Source: Acaryochloris thomasi RCC1774 (lineage in GTDB: Bacteria > Cyanobacteriota > Cyanobacteriia > Thermosynechococcales > Thermosynechococcaceae). From it: a stretch of DNA of 32,000 bases. Below are positions 27,113 through 32,000 of the stretch, one piece after another. Both the position numbers and the translations under genes were made by a program. The stretch is from positions 150,001-182,000 of the forward strand of contig NZ_PQWO01000012.1 of NCBI RefSeq assembly GCF_003231495.1. Reading direction: 5' to 3'. Below the pieces are notes generated by a model that saw only the letters and a program-made list of their open reading frames with translations, was not told the DNA's origin and did no database searches. The number at the start of each line of letters is the position of its first letter. Position 1 is the stretch's first letter.

Positions 27113-28579
27113 ATGAACAAAAGAATTTACTATACAGCTCTCACACTTGCGATCACGGGAATCTGTACAGCTGCAACAGCTGTCGCCGCCGCAGACGAAA
27201 GTATTACCACGACTTCTCCATCTCCTATAGATTCTTACGCCGATCAGAATCTTCAGGGAGAGATACTTGTAGCCTCTGCTCCTCTATCAGATGCTGAGAC
27301 AACAGTTACAAGCTACTCTAAGCAGCCTAAGCATTTAGAGGGACCTAATATTCCTCCCCGAGTCTTAGCTTCTCCTGATCTCCAACCTCTCGCAAGACTA
27401 GATATTGAAAAGACGCCTATTACAAATGGAGTAGTAGAAGTTTCTACGTCAAACATTGACTTCTCAGCAACGCTAACCTTCAAACCCTCTGCACAGACAA
27501 TCGCTGAGATCCAGGCACTAGAATCAAAGACATCTCACAGCTTTGACAATAGTGCATCTTTACTGGCTCTGGCTTCAGAAACTGTTGAACCAGCCAACGC
27601 AGGCATTAGGTCACAGGTAGTTGAAACACCAGAGCCTGTTGTACAGAACATCAACTTCCCAACAGCTCCAACATTCACTCCTTCCGCACAGACAATCGCT
27701 GAAATTCAAGCTCCAGAGTTAAAGACATCTCACAGCTTTGATAGCAGTGCATCTTTACTGGCTTTGGCCTCAGAAATCGTTGAAGAAACTAATACTGAGT
27801 CCGAGGTGCTGAAAGATGAAAAAACGGAAGCTGTTGTCTCAGACATTAACTTACCAATAGTTCCAACTTCCTCCGCCATGGCACAAGCCATTCCTGAATT
27901 TCAAGCACCCGCAGTTGAAGCTGACCAATCTGTTGAACATGGTGCTGCATTACTGAGACCTTTAGCACCAGGCCTTACCGCAGAACCTAAACTAGAAAAT
28001 TCAGCCACCATTCAAAGGAATAGTGTTGCAGATGCAGTAGTAGCGCCAGCGCCAAAACAAACACCTACGCTACAAAGCAATCTTGATAGGGCCCCCATAA
28101 CTCCAAAGTCATCAGAAATTTTGGATAACTATGGATTAGTCAACTCTATCAAAGGCAATAAAGTCTCGGTTCGTCTCTTAAACGGAAAGAATAAAACCTA
28201 CTTGCTAGCTTCTAATTCCGCAGGGAGTCAAATCAGGCGTGGCGGCTTAATGGGTTTTAACACGGATCGCCGAGGTAGAATTACGCGTCTCGCGCCTCCT
28301 AAGATCAAAAAGATTTACCAAGGCACTCTAGTTATCGTGGAAGGGACAAAAATTGGCATGGTGACACCTGAAGGAGAACGTTTTATCACAACGCTTTCGA
28401 AGAGAAAGATTGCTCACATGGGCCTAGCGCCTGGACAGCCGATCAAGATCACTCAATACAGTGGAACTTGGGCCACAAAAGTTTGCCGTCCGGGAGTATT
28501 AAGCGATCGCCAGATTTCATCTGATGCGATGCAGAGGCAAAGAAATTTCTTGAGGGGTGAAACCTCACCAAAATCTTAA
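27113..28579 (+). CDS. Secreted protein, long paralog: repeat-containing N-region plus the shared C-terminal domain
   Basis: 488 aa with signal peptide MNKRIYYTALTLAITGICTAATAVAAA. The Ser/Thr/Ala/Glu/Pro-rich region contains 65-aa repeats. The C-terminal domain (28118-~28510) is ILDNYGLVNSIKGNKVSVRLLNGKNKTYLLASN...GQPIKITQYSGTWATKVCRPG. Confidence 0.8.
   Translation: MNKRIYYTALTLAITGICTAATAVAAADESITTTSPSPIDSYADQNLQGEILVASAPLSDAETTVTSYSKQPKHLEGPNIPPRVLASPDLQPLARLDIEKTPITNGVVEVSTSNIDFSATLTFKPSAQTIAEIQALESKTSHSFDNSASLLALASETVEPANAGIRSQVVETPEPVVQNINFPTAPTFTPSAQTIAEIQAPELKTSHSFDSSASLLALASEIVEETNTESEVLKDEKTEAVVSDINLPIVPTSSAMAQAIPEFQAPAVEADQSVEHGAALLRPLAPGLTAEPKLENSATIQRNSVADAVVAPAPKQTPTLQSNLDRAPITPKSSEILDNYGLVNSIKGNKVSVRLLNGKNKTYLLASNSAGSQIRRGGLMGFNTDRRGRITRLAPPKIKKIYQGTLVIVEGTKIGMVTPEGERFITTLSKRKIAHMGLAPGQPIKITQYSGTWATKVCRPGVLSDRQISSDAMQRQRNFLRGETSPKS
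27461..27850 (+). repeat. Two good copies plus one degenerate copy of an in-frame 195-nt (65-aa) repeat
   Basis: Copy 1 is NIDFSATLTFKPSAQTIAEIQALESKTSHSFDNSASLLALASETVE. Copy 2 is NINFPTAPTFTPSAQTIAEIQAPELKTSHSFDSSASLLALASEIVE. The core gcacagacaatcgctga occurs at 27491 and 27686. A degenerate third unit (DINLPIVPTSSAMAQAIPEFQAP...) begins near 27842 and extends beyond the stated end. The boundaries are approximate. Confidence 0.7.
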
Positions 28580-28610
28580 GAAATAAAGACCTTAGAGGAC
28601 GCTCAGAAAA

Positions 28611-28645
28611 TCAGCCTAGGAAGTCGGAAAGGCTTTCTAGGCTGA
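28611..28645 (+). terminator. Hairpin downstream of the 27113..28579 gene (possible terminator)
   Basis: tcagcctag / ctaggctga form a 9-bp stem (extendable with one mismatch) around a loop of about 13-17 nt. It starts 32 nt after the stop. No T-tract follows, so the call is weak. Confidence 0.3.
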
Positions 28646-29048
28646 CCTATTAAAGAGCAGCAGAGAATCTTTTCTATCACCTCTTTTGATCTTTCAATAG
28701 CTAAGTGGCCCTAGAGATAAAAAACAGCAAAATAACGGCAAAAAGTTTATTTAGGATACAGAATTACCTGATCTTCACCGATGCAGATAAAACAGTAGAT
28801 CAAGGCTGGCTAAAAAAGAATGCCTGAGTTGAATTAATCTCCTGAAGCCGGCTCAGATCGCTCTATAGACTTGATATTTCGTCGTTGGTCGATAATCTCT
28901 GTAAGTATAGAAATGACAAAAAAATAATTATAGACACGAAAAAAGCCTGCGCAGACAAGATTTTTACTGTTCTGAAAATCAAGAAAACTTAAGTAAATAG
29001 GCCAAGGAAAGGAAATTCGTATCTTCTTTCTGTATTAATTAACTTGTC

Positions 29049-29450
29049 TTACTTCCCCTCGTATTCAAAGGATTTAATAACGGTAAAATCGTAGGTTACT
29101 TTTCCCTTTGGCAAATCATACTGAAAATCTGAATAGATTTCATTGTAAGCCGCAGCGTACTGTGGCAAAAACAAGTAGTGATAGAATCCTTGGGGAGGGA
29201 AGAAACTAGAGCCAAATCCATTGAGGCCAAACCCAAACCCTCCGGCAGCAAATACATTTCCGGAAAATCCACCCGCTGTAAATGCATTACCGGAAAATCC
29301 ACCTACAGAATTTGCAGGTAGGAAAAATGCCTCGGCAGGCGTTGCCTGAGGAGAAGTAGACTGACCAAAGATAATTTGCGCGTTGGCCCCATTTGTAAAC
29401 GATGCCAAGGCCACCGATAGAGTTGTTAACGCAAGTACAGGAACTTTCAT
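29049..29450 (-). CDS. Secreted Gly/Phe-repeat protein, unknown function
   Basis: Signal peptide MKVPVLALTTLSVALASFTNGANA. Three 10-aa units (GGFSGNAFTA, GGFSGNVFAA, GGFGFGLNGF) are encoded by 30-nt tandem repeats; the minus-strand core appears on the plus strand as ccggaaaatccacc at 29260 and 29290. The C-terminal part is rich in aromatic residues. Confidence 0.65.
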   Translation of the reverse strand: MKVPVLALTTLSVALASFTNGANAQIIFGQSTSPQATPAEAFFLPANSVGGFSGNAFTAGGFSGNVFAAGGFGFGLNGFGSSFFPPQGFYHYLFLPQYAAAYNEIYSDFQYDLPKGKVTYDFTVIKSFEYEGK

Positions 29451-29694
29451 GGGACAAGCCTCACAGCAGAACAGATAGAATAAAGGGCAGAATTATCTTT
29501 TCGTTTAGTAGCTTAATTTATGTAAAAAAGATATAAAGAACATGAAATAATGCCTTTGAGAAGCTGCATCCCTCCCACAAGATATAGCTCCTTTAAAGAT
29601 ATTTGGGCCATCTGTGCTTTTCGTCTACTACAACCACGACTGGCACATTGATCAATGTATTCCCAAAGAAAACTACTCAGCGATTGAGCCGAGC

Positions 29695-30141
29695 CTATCT
29701 GCCTCGCGGTCCTACCTGTGGCTCTGGACTACTCCGTCGAGGTCCGCGATCTCCACTGGCACCCGTTGTGACATTGGTTGTATGCACAAAATCAGCATAA
29801 TCAAAAGATTCACTGAATTCGTAGACGGTGGTTGTTAGCCTTTCTCCACGCTCTCTCGTTATAGAGGTATTTATAGTGCCGTTATCAGAAACGGTTGTAG
29901 TTGTGGCACCATTGGCCCGATTAGAGGTATGACTGGAGTCACGTTGAGAATCAGTGGTGATAGAGAAGCCATTTTCACTCGTTTGTTCCCTTGTCACAAC
30001 ACGGTTGTTACGCTCTGCATGCCCCTGTGGGCTGACAACGAAGTTCATCACAGTTGTGCCAGAAGCATTCTGTGCCAGGCTTGGCAATACAAATGTCAAG
30101 AGCCAAAAAGGTGAAAGCACAAGAACATATTTGGGTTTCAT
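29695..30141 (-). CDS. Small secreted beta-rich protein, divergent member of the local three-gene family
   Basis: The tracked ORF starts at 30195. ATG at 30141 gives signal peptide MKPKYVLVLSPFWLLTFVLPSLAQ. The segment TTTVYEFSESFDYADFVHTTNVTTG aligns with ESYEFTGFQESHRVTAG of the 31161 gene. This protein continues ASGDRGPRRSSPEPQVGPRGR rather than ending FDF. Confidence 0.55.
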   Translation of the reverse strand: MKPKYVLVLSPFWLLTFVLPSLAQNASGTTVMNFVVSPQGHAERNNRVVTREQTSENGFSITTDSQRDSSHTSNRANGATTTTVSDNGTINTSITRERGERLTTTVYEFSESFDYADFVHTTNVTTGASGDRGPRRSSPEPQVGPRGR

Positions 30142-30258
30142 ACTAACAATTCTCGCTTTTCGACAGGGTAGGCAGCTACCATTTATAACCATCATCTCTA
30201 TTCAAGAGTAAAGAAACATCCCTAACGACAGCTCAACTTAAGCCAAGGATGATTCAGA

Positions 30259-31092
30259 CTACTGCCGTGCTTGAACACTTGATTCCTGAGTGCTAGCCGT
30301 TGCGGGTCGCTGCAGCTGTGCCGGCTGAACTGGTCGCTGCGGCTGAGGTACGGCCTGCTGTTGAACAGGTTGAATGGGCTGGCCTGACTGCTGCTGTACA
30401 AAATTTTGATTCGTAGCAGACGGCTCATTGATAAGCTGCTCAGCTTGCTGTCGGGAGACGGGCTGGACTTGTTGCTGGCCCGCTTGCTGCTGTCGAGAAA
30501 CAGGTTGCGCTTGCTGTTGACCCAGTTGTGGCTGACGGCCTCGGGCATTACGATTATTCTGCTGTGGCGCAGCACCAAATGGGCTGGCACCAGGCTGCGG
30601 AACGGTGACAGTTGGGCACTCAAGGCCAGCAAGCTGATTAAGATCTTCGTAGCTAATCTTGATTCCAGATTTAATCATTTTGGAATAGTTACTAATGACT
30701 AGCAAACAAGTTTCCAAAGACGCTCTGGCTAATTGTGTCTTTGCATATGCTCGGCAGGTATCTACACCAAATGACTTGGTATAGGTAAATGAGCCACCAA
30801 TAGAACCTGTATCGAAGGGACCGATTCCATTACCAAAAGCAGATAGCGCAATACCAGAGCTGGAGCAGTCAGCGATACCATTACCAACAACACTTCTGCC
30901 TAGAGGGAATGAATTCACTTGTGTATTAACAAGCGATCCCTGCTGGTTTAGATCAACGACAGGATTCGCCGTTGAGTTTGCATTGTTGGGAGCATCAATA
31001 TTGTTTGTGGTAGCCTGTGCAGACACTTTCCCTGCAGTACACAATAGCAAGCCAACAACTGAAGCACCCGCCATTAAATGACGATAATTCAT
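30259..31092 (-). CDS. Secreted protein: Cys-containing N-domain plus Gln/Pro-rich C-terminal tail
   Basis: AGGAG SD and signal peptide MNYRHLMAGASVVGLLLCTAGKVSAQA. The ~135-aa domain has 4 Cys. The ~110-aa Q/P-rich tail contains two 14-aa repeats, GQQQAQPVSRQQQA and GQQQVQPVSRQQAE (30439-30522). Confidence 0.7.
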   Translation of the reverse strand: MNYRHLMAGASVVGLLLCTAGKVSAQATTNNIDAPNNANSTANPVVDLNQQGSLVNTQVNSFPLGRSVVGNGIADCSSSGIALSAFGNGIGPFDTGSIGGSFTYTKSFGVDTCRAYAKTQLARASLETCLLVISNYSKMIKSGIKISYEDLNQLAGLECPTVTVPQPGASPFGAAPQQNNRNARGRQPQLGQQQAQPVSRQQQAGQQQVQPVSRQQAEQLINEPSATNQNFVQQQSGQPIQPVQQQAVPQPQRPVQPAQLQRPATASTQESSVQARQ

Positions 31093-31160
31093 TTCATGTT
31101 CTCCTAGGCCAACGATAGGGGCATTAATAAATTTTTGCCCCCCAAATTTCTAAGTGCGGA

Positions 31161-31568
31161 TTAAAAGTCAAACCCGGCTGTAACTCTGTGACTTTCCTGG
31201 AAACCAGTAAACTCATAAGACTCCTGTACACGAACCGTTGTGTTCTTAAGTACAGTGCCTTGCTCCCTGGAATAACTTCTGGATGTAACGTCAAAGTAGG
31301 TGTCTTCTTGGACGTTGCGGCCATCTTCGACGTAGGTAATTGAAGTTTTACCTCGCTCACGCTTTACCGCAAAGGCATCAGCTTCGCGCTCGCCATTATA
31401 AACTTCTCTAACATTGAGCCTAGTTTCTGCCTTGCCATTTGTGATGACCCGCCGACTTTGGCTATTCCCAACATAAGCACTGCCTGCTATTGCTGGCAGT
31501 GAAGCTACAAGCCAAGAGAAACAGATAAGAGGGAGGAATCTACGGCATTTCATTTTAAACACCATCAA
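31161..31568 (-). CDS. Small secreted beta-rich protein ending ...HRVTAGFDF
   Basis: Signal-like N-terminus (M)KCRRFLPLICFSWLVASLPAIAGSA. The start could be 31568 or 31553. The ~105-aa mature part has alternating polar/hydrophobic strand-like segments and a C-terminal Phe. It is a paralog of the 31699 gene. Confidence 0.65.
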   Translation of the reverse strand: MMVFKMKCRRFLPLICFSWLVASLPAIAGSAYVGNSQSRRVITNGKAETRLNVREVYNGEREADAFAVKRERGKTSITYVEDGRNVQEDTYFDVTSRSYSREQGTVLKNTTVRVQESYEFTGFQESHRVTAGFDF

Positions 31569-31698
31569 GTTATCAAAACCATCGGGGTGTCACTAAAATG
31601 CAATCTAGTTTGCAAGAATTTACCCCGTACGACTTGTAGGTTAAGCCTCACTGCTCTCAAAGCAAAAAGGCTTAACCCATGAGAGAGAAATACGAAAA

Positions 31699-32000
31699 CT
31701 AGAAGTCGAAACCAGAAGTCACGCGGTGAGTCTTGTCGAAGCCAGAGAAGTCGTAGGACTCATGGACTGCAACATCAGTTGTATTTTTGAAACGACCGTG
31801 CTCACTAGACCAGCTGCTAACACTAATATCAGCGACATCAACTTCTGAGAAATTAGTCTCACGCCAAGAGCCAGCAACATCACCCTTCTCAGTGTAATCA
31901 GTTGTTGTTACGCTCCACTCATTCTTCACCGCATCGGAGCCGGCTGAACGAGTCCCTTTATAGACCTCATGCACCTTAACCTTAGTATCTGAATGGCCGT
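31699..32000 (-). CDS. Small secreted beta-rich protein ending ...HRVTSGFDF, 5' end beyond the window
   Basis: The tracked ORF starts at GTG 31974, but the frame stays open to position 32000 (GHSDTKVKVHEVYKG...). That extension aligns with NGKAETRLNVREVYNG of the 31161 paralog, so the true start lies outside the window. Confidence 0.65.
   Translation of the reverse strand, partial: GHSDTKVKVHEVYKGTRSAGSDAVKNEWSVTTTDYTEKGDVAGSWRETNFSEVDVADISVSSWSSEHGRFKNTTDVAVHESYDFSGFDKTHRVTSGFDF

Noticed and set aside
29695-29830. Frameshift pseudogene explanation for the missing FDF terminus of the third family member
   Set aside because: I translated the two alternative frames after ...NVTTG. Both stop within about 10-17 codons without yielding GFDF, so the difference looks like sequence divergence rather than a single indel. 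The gene may still be decaying.
1-32000. tRNA, rRNA, tmRNA, RNase P, transposase or integrase genes
   Set aside because: By eye I found no T-arm (GGTTCGAATCC-like) or cloverleaf-compatible segments, no rRNA-like stretches and no IS- or recombinase-like ORFs. This is a visual scan only. tRNAscan-SE, Infernal and ISfinder would be decisive.

Overview
The window looks like cyanobacterial chromosome. I located 17 exact copies of the HIP1 octamer GCGATCGC by eye, where well under one is expected by chance. I recognised no rRNA, tRNA, CRISPR array, transposase or integrase. The window splits into three parts. (1) 1-6.7 kb holds a minus-strand cluster whose products all look extracytoplasmic: a TpsA/filamentous-hemagglutinin-like beta-helix exoprotein, a TPR-CHAT caspase-like protease overlapping it by 7 nt, a DUF928 secreted protein, and the start of a CHASE2 sensor that runs off the window. 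A separately terminated 69-aa secreted peptide gene sits just upstream. As far as I know this module has no assigned function, and it is my best candidate for an undescribed system. (2) 7.2-25.5 kb is ordinary housekeeping DNA: trpB, a GT-C membrane glycosyltransferase, glyQ, an AI-2E transporter, ssb, a cysteine desulfurase, a class IV aminotransferase, aroA, a PIN-PhoH ATPase, a small LuxR-type regulator and prfC. It also contains several small conserved hypotheticals and a membrane-anchored coiled-coil protein with four 21-aa tandem repeats. (3) 25.7-32 kb is visibly more AT-rich and has long intergenic gaps. All seven of its genes encode signal-peptide proteins of unknown function. These comprise two paralogs sharing a ~130-aa C-terminal domain, a Gly/Phe-repeat protein, a Cys-containing protein with a Gln/Pro-rich tail, and three paralogous small beta-rich proteins. 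Two of those three end in ...HRVT(A/S)GFDF. All product calls rest on motif recognition in the supplied translations. No database search was run.
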